DNA from: a virus
Direction: 5' to 3' (one strand)
Length of the DNA: 64,000 nt
Virus record (IMG/VR): IMGVR_UViG_3300037809_000520
Coordinates: 3,259 to 67,258 of that record
Shown: piece by piece, positions 9,974 through 19,958 of the stretch
Position numbering within the stretch: position 1 is the first letter of the stretch
Layout: every line of letters starts with the position of its first letter
Notes under the pieces: model-generated
Told to the model about the DNA's origin: nothing
Database searches by the model: none
Seen by the model: only the letters and a program-made list of their open reading frames with translations
Program-made: the position numbers and the translations under genes

Positions 9974-11161
9974 TTATTCTCCTTTTAATAAGTCTTTAAT
10001 ATCTTTTATATAGTCTAAAATTAGATCTGTTGGTTTTATAACTGAAAATGAAGTTGGGTTTTCTGTGTAATAATCTCCTGTTTCATTTTTAGCATTGCTT
10101 AACATCTTATAAATATCATTAAGTTGTTGTTCAATTACATCAAAGGCAGCTATTCTTTCTTGCTGGAATGATTTTACATCGTCAGCTTCAAATAACTGTT
10201 TAACTTCTAATCCTGATCCTTTTATTTTTTTAGGTACTAAACTATATTTAAATTGTTTTATATATGCATTATCTTTAACTCCATCTTTACTTGCCTTAGG
10301 ACCAGGTCCTAAGGTTGCACCTACTCCTTCTTTAACCCCATTTATAAAATCATCTGATACTGCAAATAATCGTGCTTTACCATTTTCTAAATCTGTTACT
10401 TCAATATCTTCTATATTATACTTTAATTCTAAATCTTTAGCTATATTATTTAATTTATCTACAGCGGCCGCAGCACTTTTTCTTCTAATTTGACCTGTCA
10501 TTGTTTCTTTACCCAATGCAATTGATGAACCACCTGCTCCTATACTATAATCAATATAAACATTTAAAAAATTAGGGTGGTTTTTATCCCTTACAAATCT
10601 AGGTTCTGATATTCTAACTTGGGAATCTTCGTCTATTTTTTCCTTTTTTTTCTTTTTAAAAGCATAGGGAGTTGCGTATTGCATCCCTGTACCTCCTGTA
10701 AATGTAGCTGATCCAGCTCCACCCCCAGTTGTAGACATCTCATCTATTTCTTCTTCTGTAAGTTGTCCTTTTAATTGAGAGTAAAATGCTGGGTATTCTT
10801 TTCTTAAATGGGTTCTAAATTTATTAAATGTTACTCTTTGATCATCATAAATATCTCTTAATACTTCATCATCTCTTACAGACTCTCCTTTAACTAAATC
10901 GTTAGCTGCGTCTCTTGATGATTTTAATTGTTTTATTAATTCTGAAAATGATGGTAATCTTATAATTTTATGAGATGTACCCCCACCTTCAGATTTATGG
11001 GTTGGGTCTGTTTTAAAGTAAGTATCTAAGTCATTGCTTAAAAAATCTCTATCATCCCAAGGGCCATATTTTTTTTCAATCCAATCTAGTAATTTTGGAT
11101 CAATATCTTTCTTTTTGACTTCTTTTATTAAGCCCATTATTTTTTCTACAATTTTATCCAT
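9974..11161 (-). CDS. Putative modular internal head protein
   Basis: Segments separated by LIKE, LTE, IDE, VKE, LFE; located between portal and protease genes. Confidence 0.45.
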   Translation of the reverse strand: MDKIVEKIMGLIKEVKKKDIDPKLLDWIEKKYGPWDDRDFLSNDLDTYFKTDPTHKSEGGGTSHKIIRLPSFSELIKQLKSSRDAANDLVKGESVRDDEVLRDIYDDQRVTFNKFRTHLRKEYPAFYSQLKGQLTEEEIDEMSTTGGGAGSATFTGGTGMQYATPYAFKKKKKEKIDEDSQVRISEPRFVRDKNHPNFLNVYIDYSIGAGGSSIALGKETMTGQIRRKSAAAAVDKLNNIAKDLELKYNIEDIEVTDLENGKARLFAVSDDFINGVKEGVGATLGPGPKASKDGVKDNAYIKQFKYSLVPKKIKGSGLEVKQLFEADDVKSFQQERIAAFDVIEQQLNDIYKMLSNAKNETGDYYTENPTSFSVIKPTDLILDYIKDIKDLLKGE

Positions 11162-12011
11162 TTGATTTTGTTAATTCTTCTAATAATGAATGGTATTGTA
11201 ACAAATCAACTAAATGATCGCTTTTTATGTGGGATTTTTTATCTAATTCTTTTATTAAAGATGAAACTTCTTGAAGTTTTATTTTAATAACTTTACTTTC
11301 GGTTTTAGAAATTTCTTTTAAAATAGATTCTTTAATAAAAAGAACCTCTTTATTATAAAAGGATTTTAATGAAGGGGTATTATCTACAGACTCAATAAAT
11401 TCTTTAAGAATGTGTTTTTGTCTTAAATTTAATGAAGAATATTTATCGTTAAATTTTTCTAATAATACATAATATGTTAGTGTACGAATATCTTTATCTT
11501 GAGATTTAAATTCTTCAATTACATTTTCTTTAACATTATTTCTATTAATATCTTTTGATGTTAAATGTTCTAATAATGTAACTTTATTATCTATAATTTG
11601 ATTTGGATCAATTAATTTCTCAGTATTGTATGTCTCTAATAAAGTATATAAAGAAGCTTGTGCTTTATAATCATTTAATTTTGTTTTAAATAAGCCCTCA
11701 ACATTATAATGAATTTTAAGTTCTTTAATAAGATTATATTTTTCTTTTCTTATTCGAGTTCTGTTAAGTCTTTTAGATGATTCTAATACCGCATCTAATA
11801 TAGTACTAGCTTTAGTAGCATCTAAATTTTTTGATTTAAATAAAGTTTCATATAGTTTATATTCTTTACCTAACTCTGTATTAACAAAGTGGGATTTTAG
11901 AATTTTAATAGCTGGTGAATCTTTTCCTGACAAGGTGTCTGAGGTGATTTTTCTTACTATCACTTCAAATAAAATACCAGTATTCCTGAATTTTGAATGT
12001 TTTATATACAT
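11154..12011 (-). CDS. Hypothetical head-morphogenesis protein
   Basis: Intact ORF (ATG at 12011) directly downstream of portal, TATTTATA at 12027-12034. Confidence 0.5.
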   Translation of the reverse strand: MYIKHSKFRNTGILFEVIVRKITSDTLSGKDSPAIKILKSHFVNTELGKEYKLYETLFKSKNLDATKASTILDAVLESSKRLNRTRIRKEKYNLIKELKIHYNVEGLFKTKLNDYKAQASLYTLLETYNTEKLIDPNQIIDNKVTLLEHLTSKDINRNNVKENVIEEFKSQDKDIRTLTYYVLLEKFNDKYSSLNLRQKHILKEFIESVDNTPSLKSFYNKEVLFIKESILKEISKTESKVIKIKLQEVSSLIKELDKKSHIKSDHLVDLLQYHSLLEELTKSNG

Positions 12012-12042
12012 CAATACTTATTTTTTTATAAATATACTAAAA

Positions 12043-13947
12043 TTATTGTTCCTTAATATTTGACTCGTCAAGAAGCGAACTTTTTGCGGATTTTTTTTCA
12101 AATACTAATTTTTTACCTGCAGGTATAGATTTTAACATTGATTGGTGCTTATGATAATGAGTGTTATTTTCTAAAGCCATAGAATTTTTACTACTATCAT
12201 TATAATCTTTTTTCATACCTTTAGCACCTAATCTATCTTTTCCAAAATTATCATCTTGGGTATTTCTTTTAGATGCTTTTTCTTTTGGTCTACCTAATAC
12301 TGTTTTATCATCTGTAGCATACTCATCTGGTTTTGGAACATCCCCGGGATTAGTATACATTCTTCCTTTACCATATAATGAAGCTAAATCATGAGGAGTA
12401 CCATATGATTGTCCTGTTTCAACAGGATCATTACCTTCTGCTTCAATTTGATCTATTCTAAACTTACGTTTAGCATCTTCTCTAATTAAATCCCTAAAAT
12501 CATCATATTCATCCTCACTTAGATGGAATAAATGATCATATATAAAGTCAGAAGGGAATAAATTAGTTTCAGTCATTTGAGCGGCTAAATCCATTTTTTC
12601 CTTCATTAATGCTACTCTTTCTTGATCATAAATGATTGAAGGTGTAGTTAATGATAATTCAAAATTAGCTAATTGTTCGTCTCTATAACCTTGAGTATAA
12701 AGGTGAACTAATGCAATTTTATATAATTCTGATACTACTATTCTTTGAATGCGTTCAATAGTACGTGCAAATCTAATATCTTGAGCTGCTAAAGTAGCTT
12801 TACCATCAGTATTTTCATCATAACCCATAAATGCTTTAGGTACTTTAAGTGCTGCAAATAGTTTATCTCTTAAATATTCAACATCCGCAATACCATCCCA
12901 TTGCAAACCATTTGCACTTTCAATTTTAGTACTTGCATCATTACCCCTTACTGGGATGTAATAATCCTCAAGTAAGTTTTGCATATTATATCTTAAATTA
13001 TACTCACCTGTTTTTTCATCAACATGGGGTGTACGTTTAAGTTTACTTAATGTTTTTTCCATAAATGCATCTACCTCATTTGGGGGGATAGAACCTACAT
13101 TCATATAAAAGATACGTTTTTCAGGAGCACGAACAATTCTATGAATTAACATAGCATCCTCCATTAACACATATTGTTTAAATAATTTTCTTGCGGGTTC
13201 AATATAACTTCTACCATAAGGTAAGAAATTCATATCAGTTAATAAACGCAAATGGGCCATTTCATAATTATCAAATATAATTGAACCCGGACGATCTTGA
13301 GTTTGGCCTGGGACACTATAATACCCTGTATCCGACGCTGAAATGCCTTCAGGATCGAAACGGAATCTAATATCTTTTGGATTATCTTTACTACCATGAC
13401 CCATCTCACCTTCTAATCTTTCAATGTGAAATGCTGTATAGGGAATAACATTATAAACACCATATTTTTCTGCAATTTCTAATTTTAAGAAAAAATCACC
13501 ATACTTAGCTAAGTTTCTAACCCAGGGCCAAAGATTAAATTCAATGTTTAAAACATCATAAAATAAATTATATAGTATTTTTTGGATATCATCATCTGAT
13601 GATTTGATTGCTAATACTTCACCCATATCATTTTTAAGGGTTGATTCATCAGCTATGATATCTAAAGCAGATGCTATAATTGCATCTGTATCCATAGCAT
13701 CATATTCTGAGTATAGCATTGGTCTTAAATACTGATAGTTGAATCCAGCTTGTTGACCATATAGTGAGGTTGTGGAATTTGTGTAAATTTTATTAAACCT
13801 ATCAACTAAAGAATTGGTTTCAATTTCTCCAGATTGTTGGATTTTATTAACATCAAAAACTTTAAGTTGACTACCTCCCACATTACGGATTATTACATCC
13901 GTTGAAAATAATCTTCTTAACCTTGAAAATAAACTTTTATCTGCCAT
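12043..13947 (-). CDS. gp20: Portal vertex protein, T4 gp20 family
   Basis: LMEDAMLIHRIVRAPEKRIFY..VG..P, LEDYYIP.RG, DVEYLRDKLFAALKVP. Confidence 0.95.
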   Translation of the reverse strand: MADKSLFSRLRRLFSTDVIIRNVGGSQLKVFDVNKIQQSGEIETNSLVDRFNKIYTNSTTSLYGQQAGFNYQYLRPMLYSEYDAMDTDAIIASALDIIADESTLKNDMGEVLAIKSSDDDIQKILYNLFYDVLNIEFNLWPWVRNLAKYGDFFLKLEIAEKYGVYNVIPYTAFHIERLEGEMGHGSKDNPKDIRFRFDPEGISASDTGYYSVPGQTQDRPGSIIFDNYEMAHLRLLTDMNFLPYGRSYIEPARKLFKQYVLMEDAMLIHRIVRAPEKRIFYMNVGSIPPNEVDAFMEKTLSKLKRTPHVDEKTGEYNLRYNMQNLLEDYYIPVRGNDASTKIESANGLQWDGIADVEYLRDKLFAALKVPKAFMGYDENTDGKATLAAQDIRFARTIERIQRIVVSELYKIALVHLYTQGYRDEQLANFELSLTTPSIIYDQERVALMKEKMDLAAQMTETNLFPSDFIYDHLFHLSEDEYDDFRDLIREDAKRKFRIDQIEAEGNDPVETGQSYGTPHDLASLYGKGRMYTNPGDVPKPDEYATDDKTVLGRPKEKASKRNTQDDNFGKDRLGAKGMKKDYNDSSKNSMALENNTHYHKHQSMLKSIPAGKKLVFEKKSAKSSLLDESNIKEQ

Positions 13948-13966
13948 TTTTATTTATTTATAAATA

Positions 13967-15541
13967 TTATAATAACCATTTTATGTCATGGGATTTCCCA
14001 TCAATCTTCATTTCATATGGATTCTGTATAGAATTTATAGCAGAATGGCCACCAGTGTATGTTGTTTTGTTAGATTTTACACTACCTAATGTTGCTCTTG
14101 TCATATCTAGACTTTGTTGTTGAAATTTCAATGATGTGTCTCGTAGAAACATACCAATTCCAAATGACATAACCAAGTCATCGTTATAACCTGTTTGAGC
14201 TTCTGGTCTTCCATTTTTCCAAATGAATACTTTCATTTCTTCTATTAGGCGTTTTGAACGAATTGATACAGATTTATCACCCACAAATTCCCTAAATTTA
14301 TTTATACAAAGAGGTCTTGTTCTCATTGACATAGTAAAACCAGGAACCATTTCTGAATTGCCTTCAAATACTCTTAAATATGATTCAGCTGTAAGTTGAT
14401 CTGATTTTGGTGATTGATATAAATTTTTATATCCTCTTTCTACAATTGCATCTAAAGTAGCCCAACCAATATTAGCATTTTCAACTACTAACATTGCATT
14501 ATTATACTCTGTAGCCAATCCAGTTAAAAAATATCCAAACTCTTTAGGGGGCATTTGTCCTTTGTATTCAGCTACTTGTGTATTTGTTGCTATATCCATT
14601 ACATGGCAGGCTGAATAATCTTTACCATCACCTCTAGCTACATCTGCTACTACCATATATTCTCTAGAATAGTCTGCAGATTCCCAAATCCATAAATTTT
14701 GATCCACACCTCTTCTTTCCATTGGGTCTTTAATAGTTGTTTCATTTAAAAATTCAATCCACTCACCATAAAATACAATATCCCCTGATGTACTAAAATC
14801 ACAATCACACTCTTGGGCTGCTAATCTAGGATCACCTAACAAATCATCCTGTGCATCTCTCCATTCTTGGTTTCTTTCTGGGTGGACCCACCATGGGAGT
14901 TTTATGGGTAAAAATTGATTTTCTTTTGATTCAGCATTAACCCAAGTTTTATGAAACCAATTTCCAGTACCATAAGGTGTACTTAATACAATAGCACCAC
15001 CACCCGTTGCTAGTGTTTGTTGAGCTGATGCCCAAATTTCTCCAATATTATCAATAAAGGCAGCCTCATCAATTAATAGTAAAGATACTGCTTCTGATCT
15101 ACCAGCATCACTACTTGCTGAAGTTGCCTTAATTATTGATCCATTACTAAGTCGAAGAGATAATTTATTATTTTCTTCTGCTTTAATAGATAACCATGAA
15201 GGTAAATTATCATACATAAATTTTACCTTAGTAACCATATTACGTGCTGTTTCTTGTTTAGTCGCAATACATAATACATTTTTATCTTTATGAAACAACA
15301 TTAACCATAAAGAATAACCTGCAGATAAAGTTGATATACCTAATTGTCTTGATTTTAAAATAATTGAATAAGGATTATCTCTAACTAAATATAAAGCTTT
15401 TTCTTGGAATGGGTATAAATTAAATTGAATTCTTCCTCTTTGGGGGTGTTGAATAAAACAGTATTTTTTCATAAAATGAGCTGGGTCTTGGGCGCATCTT
15501 AAATATTCTTGTCTTATTATTTTTTTTAAATCCTCAGCCAT
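13967..15541 (-). CDS. gp17: Terminase large subunit, T4 gp17 family
   Basis: LYPFQ, KSRQLGIST, LLIDEAAF, STPYG, DVARGDGKDYS, VENAN.G, DDLVMS. Confidence 0.95.
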   Translation of the reverse strand: MAEDLKKIIRQEYLRCAQDPAHFMKKYCFIQHPQRGRIQFNLYPFQEKALYLVRDNPYSIILKSRQLGISTLSAGYSLWLMLFHKDKNVLCIATKQETARNMVTKVKFMYDNLPSWLSIKAEENNKLSLRLSNGSIIKATSASSDAGRSEAVSLLLIDEAAFIDNIGEIWASAQQTLATGGGAIVLSTPYGTGNWFHKTWVNAESKENQFLPIKLPWWVHPERNQEWRDAQDDLLGDPRLAAQECDCDFSTSGDIVFYGEWIEFLNETTIKDPMERRGVDQNLWIWESADYSREYMVVADVARGDGKDYSACHVMDIATNTQVAEYKGQMPPKEFGYFLTGLATEYNNAMLVVENANIGWATLDAIVERGYKNLYQSPKSDQLTAESYLRVFEGNSEMVPGFTMSMRTRPLCINKFREFVGDKSVSIRSKRLIEEMKVFIWKNGRPEAQTGYNDDLVMSFGIGMFLRDTSLKFQQQSLDMTRATLGSVKSNKTTYTGGHSAINSIQNPYEMKIDGKSHDIKWLL

Positions 15542-16138
15542 TTATTTTTTCCCTATTTTCCAATACACCTTTCCGGAGATTATAGGTTTAAAATCTTGAT
15601 TAACACCTAAACCTAAACCATATATTTGTTTCTTTTTATCTTTATATAAAATTTCTCCACCTAAGTAATTAATTTGATCAGATCTACCAGCTACTCCTAC
15701 TCCCCAATAAAATTCTCTATTATTAAGATATATTTCTTGGGTTAATGTTGTTGTTGGTAATAATATATCTGATTTTACTTGTCTTGAAAATATTTTGTTT
15801 TGGGTTATTGTATCTGTTATAGTTACAACTCCTAAAGAATCTAATACTATTTCATCTATGTAAACATTTTTAGCATAATAATCTTTTAATACCTCTAATG
15901 TATCTATTGGGGTTTTTATTATAATAGTATCATTTTCATATATAGTTACAATTTTTTCAATCCATTTAGGAACATATTCTATCTTATTAATAGTAATGGT
16001 ATCCCATTTAGTTTCAATCTTTGTTATAATTGTAGGTTCACTAATAGTGGGATTAGAAGAACAGCTCCTTTGTAATAAAAGGAGTACAACTAAAACTACA
16101 ATGAGTAGAAATTGAATATTTTTAAAGAAGACCTTCAA
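15542..16138 (-). CDS. Membrane-anchored or lipoprotein-like protein
   Basis: N-terminal hydrophobic helix ending QRSC; C-terminal amphipathic beta strands ending VYWKIGKK. Confidence 0.5.
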   Translation of the reverse strand: MKVFFKNIQFLLIVVLVVLLLLQRSCSSNPTISEPTIITKIETKWDTITINKIEYVPKWIEKIVTIYENDTIIIKTPIDTLEVLKDYYAKNVYIDEIVLDSLGVVTITDTITQNKIFSRQVKSDILLPTTTLTQEIYLNNREFYWGVGVAGRSDQINYLGGEILYKDKKKQIYGLGLGVNQDFKPIISGKVYWKIGKK

Positions 16139-16487
16139 GCTCTTTTTTAATTTTTGTTAATTCTCTTAAGCGATCTGTAAGTTTTTGTTTTTCAGAGCCC
16201 TCAGCATTTTTCCACTTTTTAACTACTCGCTTCATTTCAGCTGCTGTTTGTTGAAGTTTTGATGCTAATTTAGATATTGAATCTCCTTTTTTAGCTCCCT
16301 TTATGGCTTTTTTATCCATTTCATCCTCATCATCATCTTCTTCTTTCATTAGATCTTGAGTTTTTTCTAATTCATTGTTAAAATCAGCTTGAGCATCAGC
16401 TTTAGCATTAATCTCATCTGCTGATTCTGCTTCTAATAATTCAAGAATTTCTTCTTTAATGGAGGATTTTAATTCTGATTTTTTCAT
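16122..16487 (-). CDS. Small putative head-cargo protein
   Basis: MKKSELKSSIKEEILELLE leader; TATTTATA at 16502-16509. Confidence 0.5.
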   Translation of the reverse strand: MKKSELKSSIKEEILELLEAESADEINAKADAQADFNNELEKTQDLMKEEDDDEDEMDKKAIKGAKKGDSISKLASKLQQTAAEMKRVVKKWKNAEGSEKQKLTDRLRELTKIKKELEGLL

Positions 16488-16509
16488 TTAGAGTATTTTG
16501 TTATAAATA

Positions 16510-17040
16510 TCACGAAAAAATTGATTGTTTAACTAATTTTGTACGTTCTTCTGTTGATCCCTTAATCTCAATTAAATTTTTAATTTTATGTCTATATCTA
16601 ATAATTAATAATTGGATAGATTCATCAATTTTTTTTCTATAATCTGCATCTGTTTCTCGTACACCATTATTTTCAATTTCTACTCCTTCAGGAGAAACAT
16701 AAAATATATAATCATATTCATCTAACATATTACTTGCAAATGAACAAAAATCATCTGCTTCCCCATAATACATTGAAGTTGATTGTTTAGCAAAAGCCAT
16801 TACATCTATAATTGTTCTATCTGTTATAATATTATCTTGCATTAATTCACTAGCTCTTTCAGCTAAAAATACAGCTTGACCCTTTACGGTTGAGTCTGTA
16901 TTTAAAGGAATACTCATTTCCATTAAATATTTTGAACGTTCAGTTCTAAATTTATATAATTGAAATTCTGGTAATTTAGCTAAAGCGTTAACTAAAGTTG
17001 TTTTACCTACTGACATTGTACCACAAAAACCTATTTTCAT
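16510..17040 (-). CDS. P-loop nucleotide kinase (AAA_28/NadR-like)
   Basis: MKIGFCGTMSVGKTT, ITDRTIID, YDYIFY, ENNGVR. Confidence 0.75.
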   Translation of the reverse strand: MKIGFCGTMSVGKTTLVNALAKLPEFQLYKFRTERSKYLMEMSIPLNTDSTVKGQAVFLAERASELMQDNIITDRTIIDVMAFAKQSTSMYYGEADDFCSFASNMLDEYDYIFYVSPEGVEIENNGVRETDADYRKKIDESIQLLIIRYRHKIKNLIEIKGSTEERTKLVKQSIFS

Positions 17041-17041
17041 A

Positions 17042-17449
17042 TTAAAACGGTAAATTTAAAGGATCTAATTGGGAAGATCCCATTCCCACTCTATAACTAT
17101 CACTGTCGAAATGTTGTGTTGATACCTCAAATATACAACTTCCTTCTTCAAGAGCCAACATTTGGTGGGGTTGACCAGGCATTAAATGGATGCAATCCCC
17201 TTCTGTTACTTCAACTGTTCTTTGTTCAGCATTTTCAGTATCAATATATTTGTATAAGAATTTTCCTTTAGAAATATACCATGCTTCATCTTTTAGGAGA
17301 TGATAATGCATTGAAAATGATTTATCTTTTTTAAATACTAAAAGTTTTCCACAGTATTTTTCATTATTAATAATCCACAATTCATGACCCCATGCTTTTT
17401 CATGAATTTCTCCTTTGTAAGGCATTGCCTCTAATGTATGATCCCTCAT
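17042..17449 (-). CDS. Cupin-fold protein (sugar isomerase-like)
   Basis: K.WG.ELWI, SMHYH..KDE.WY, PG.PH, FEVST.H. Confidence 0.8.
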   Translation of the reverse strand: MRDHTLEAMPYKGEIHEKAWGHELWIINNEKYCGKLLVFKKDKSFSMHYHLLKDEAWYISKGKFLYKYIDTENAEQRTVEVTEGDCIHLMPGQPHQMLALEEGSCIFEVSTQHFDSDSYRVGMGSSQLDPLNLPF

Positions 17450-17450
17450 A

Positions 17451-17723
17451 TTAATGTCTTGATGTTCCTTTACCAGCTGTTGTTTTATACCAAGGTAATC
17501 CCTCTCGCTCTTTCATTATATATTTAAAATCTTCTTCAGAATATTCAATACCACTTAAAAAATATCCTTTTTTAAATTCTGAATTTTTGGAAATTGGAAC
17601 TATTGCTGGTGAATCATATCTGTGATGTTTAAAATGTTCCTCACCTTCCATTTTAATTAAATAATGTCTTGCACCTTTGTATTTAATTACTTTTTCTTCA
17701 TAATATTTTTCTTTCTTTTTCAT
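17451..17723 (-). CDS. Hypothetical protein
   Basis: Tightly packed ORF in operon; HRYDSPA...YFLSG. Confidence 0.6.
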   Translation of the reverse strand: MKKKEKYYEEKVIKYKGARHYLIKMEGEEHFKHHRYDSPAIVPISKNSEFKKGYFLSGIEYSEEDFKYIMKEREGLPWYKTTAGKGTSRH

Positions 17724-17728
17724 AATTT

Positions 17729-19072
17729 TTATTTTAATAATTGTTCTCCTACTAATGTTCCTTGTGCCCCCGATACTGTAATACCTCTGGCACTTAAAGC
17801 GTCACCCACAAAATGTACATTCGGATATTTTGTTAAACTTAAATCATTATAATTAACTAGGGGTTCTGGTGATAGATATTTTACTTCTGGGATGTAAATT
17901 CCCCAATCATCTTTAAGTGTTGGAAATACTTTTTTCATATCCTCAATGAAATCTTCTATATAATCATAATAACCTTTAAATGATTTTTTAACTATATCTA
18001 AAGATTTAGTGGGCATAGCATCAACTAAATCACCTTCACTTGTCATTCCTCTTTCACGTGATGGGCTATAATATAAACCCGAATTAGCTTTACGAGCATA
18101 TCTACCAATACCTTTACTACAATCCATCCATTGTGAATTTACTAATTTAACTAATTCTCTAGACCAATCAAATGGTTTATCAATGCCTTGAATTTCCATT
18201 AAAATCCCAAAATTAGTCATATTATTTCTATGTTCTTCTCCTTTTTTAGCATGTCCATTGTAGCTAACATCTCCATACGTTTGCTCAACGGCAACATATG
18301 CTGCATTGTTGTTTGTACAGAAAGAACGTAGTGATACTCCTTTGTCTTCGAATTTACGATATAACTTAAAATCATAACTTACATCAATTAGTTTTTGGAA
18401 GTGGTTTTGTGGTGCTTCAAATCGAACACCTATTTGTACTGGCTTTGGTTCTGTAGGAAGATCATATTTTTCAGCTAATTTCTTACCGAAGTCAATTCCT
18501 GATTTGCCAACACCAAATATAAGTTTATCATATGATAAGGTGAAATTATCTACTTCACTAGCATTGGTTACCACTATTTGTGAATCAAATTTAATATCGG
18601 TTACTTTTTCTTCCCATCTAAATTCTACACCACCATCTACTAAATAATTATACCAATTTTTACCTATTTCATGTAAGTAATCTGTACCTACGTGCCATAC
18701 AGGGAATAAGCGTAAGCCAAAATAGGGTTTAATAAAATCTGGTTCTGCTTGGGGGTCTGAGCATTGTACTTCCTCAGGCTTGGGATGGAATCTTTTAAAA
18801 TTATTAATTACTTGATCAAATAATTCCATTGCTTTTTCATCTCCTGTGTATTTTGATAATTGACCACCAATGGATGTATGGTAAGTTAATTTACCATCAG
18901 ACCAACCACCTGCTCCTAAGAAACCAGTCATTACTTCTTCAGGTTTTCTATCATATGGGTTTTTACCCATATCAATAATAGTGATATTACCTTTAAAGTT
19001 GTTATCTACAAGTTTTGTAGCGGCATTTACTCCTGCTACACCTGCTCCTACAATTACTACATTTTTACTCAT
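17729..19072 (-). CDS. FAD-dependent oxidoreductase
   Basis: IVGAGVAG Rossmann motif, GAGGWSDGKL, IGVRFE, RSFC, FVGD...ARGI. Confidence 0.85.
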   Translation of the reverse strand: MSKNVVIVGAGVAGVNAATKLVDNNFKGNITIIDMGKNPYDRKPEEVMTGFLGAGGWSDGKLTYHTSIGGQLSKYTGDEKAMELFDQVINNFKRFHPKPEEVQCSDPQAEPDFIKPYFGLRLFPVWHVGTDYLHEIGKNWYNYLVDGGVEFRWEEKVTDIKFDSQIVVTNASEVDNFTLSYDKLIFGVGKSGIDFGKKLAEKYDLPTEPKPVQIGVRFEAPQNHFQKLIDVSYDFKLYRKFEDKGVSLRSFCTNNNAAYVAVEQTYGDVSYNGHAKKGEEHRNNMTNFGILMEIQGIDKPFDWSRELVKLVNSQWMDCSKGIGRYARKANSGLYYSPSRERGMTSEGDLVDAMPTKSLDIVKKSFKGYYDYIEDFIEDMKKVFPTLKDDWGIYIPEVKYLSPEPLVNYNDLSLTKYPNVHFVGDALSARGITVSGAQGTLVGEQLLK

Positions 19073-19095
19073 TTAGACTTAATTTTATTTGTCAT

Positions 19096-19138
19096 TAATA
19101 TACGAAAAAAAAATGTGACCTCCAAATGAAGGCCACAG
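19096..19138 (-). terminator. Terminator overlapping a Bacteroidota-type promoter
   Basis: TGTGGCCTTCA-TT-TGGAGGTCACA then T run; TTTG in loop and TATATTAA 20 nt downstream. Confidence 0.65.
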
Positions 19139-19197
19139 ATCTTAAAATTTATTTTATATAATCGCTCGGCTATGAATCGAGCTGTAAGTTTATAATA

Positions 19198-19932
19198 TTA
19201 TGGTTGTTTTGTTGCAAATGCTAATTCCCCATTTAGTAGGATACCATGACCACATGCTAACCAACACCCAGCTGCAAGTTCATCTGATGTTGAAGTAGTA
19301 GGTAATCCAAAATGGTTAAGACCCATTCGTCCTATTGTATCCCTCATTTTTAGACTAAATTCCCCTAATGTTCCTACTGCCACATCCCAATGTATTCTTC
19401 TTCCATTTTGTCCTGCTGCTACTAAATTAGATTTTGAAACTGTATAAAAATTATAATAGTCTGCGTTTTGTTTAGGTCTTCCGGGTTTTTTGGAAGCTGC
19501 TGCTAAATTAAATTGTGACCCTACATCACCAAAATTATTAGCCCAATCAGTTGAATCAAAATCTCCTCCACTAAGAGCATAGGCCTGGGGGTCAACTGCT
19601 CCTAACCATATACACTGGGATGAAGATGGGAAAGTGACTGGCCCACCCCCTGTGTCTCCTCCAACATCCATAGCAAATCCCAAATTTTGGGTGTTTGATG
19701 TTCCTCCAACATTTACAGGCATTGAACCACATAACTCACCATCTATATCCACACTTCCCCCTATAGAAGAATTACTTGCATAATTGGGGGTGTCTATTAC
19801 AAAATTATGCTGTGAGTCTACATAATAGAGATCATCTTCATTATTATAGGAACCAAATAATCCTATACCTGTACCTACTTCTGGTGTTTTCCCAAGTGCT
19901 ACCAATCCACTAAACATCATATAATTTGCCAT
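19198..19932 (-). CDS. Hypothetical protein
   Basis: 244-aa ORF, Gly/Ser/Asn rich, A-rich upstream region. Confidence 0.6.
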   Translation of the reverse strand: MANYMMFSGLVALGKTPEVGTGIGLFGSYNNEDDLYYVDSQHNFVIDTPNYASNSSIGGSVDIDGELCGSMPVNVGGTSNTQNLGFAMDVGGDTGGGPVTFPSSSQCIWLGAVDPQAYALSGGDFDSTDWANNFGDVGSQFNLAAASKKPGRPKQNADYYNFYTVSKSNLVAAGQNGRRIHWDVAVGTLGEFSLKMRDTIGRMGLNHFGLPTTSTSDELAAGCWLACGHGILLNGELAFATKQP

Positions 19933-19958
19933 GTTTATTTTTTATTTATAATTATACA

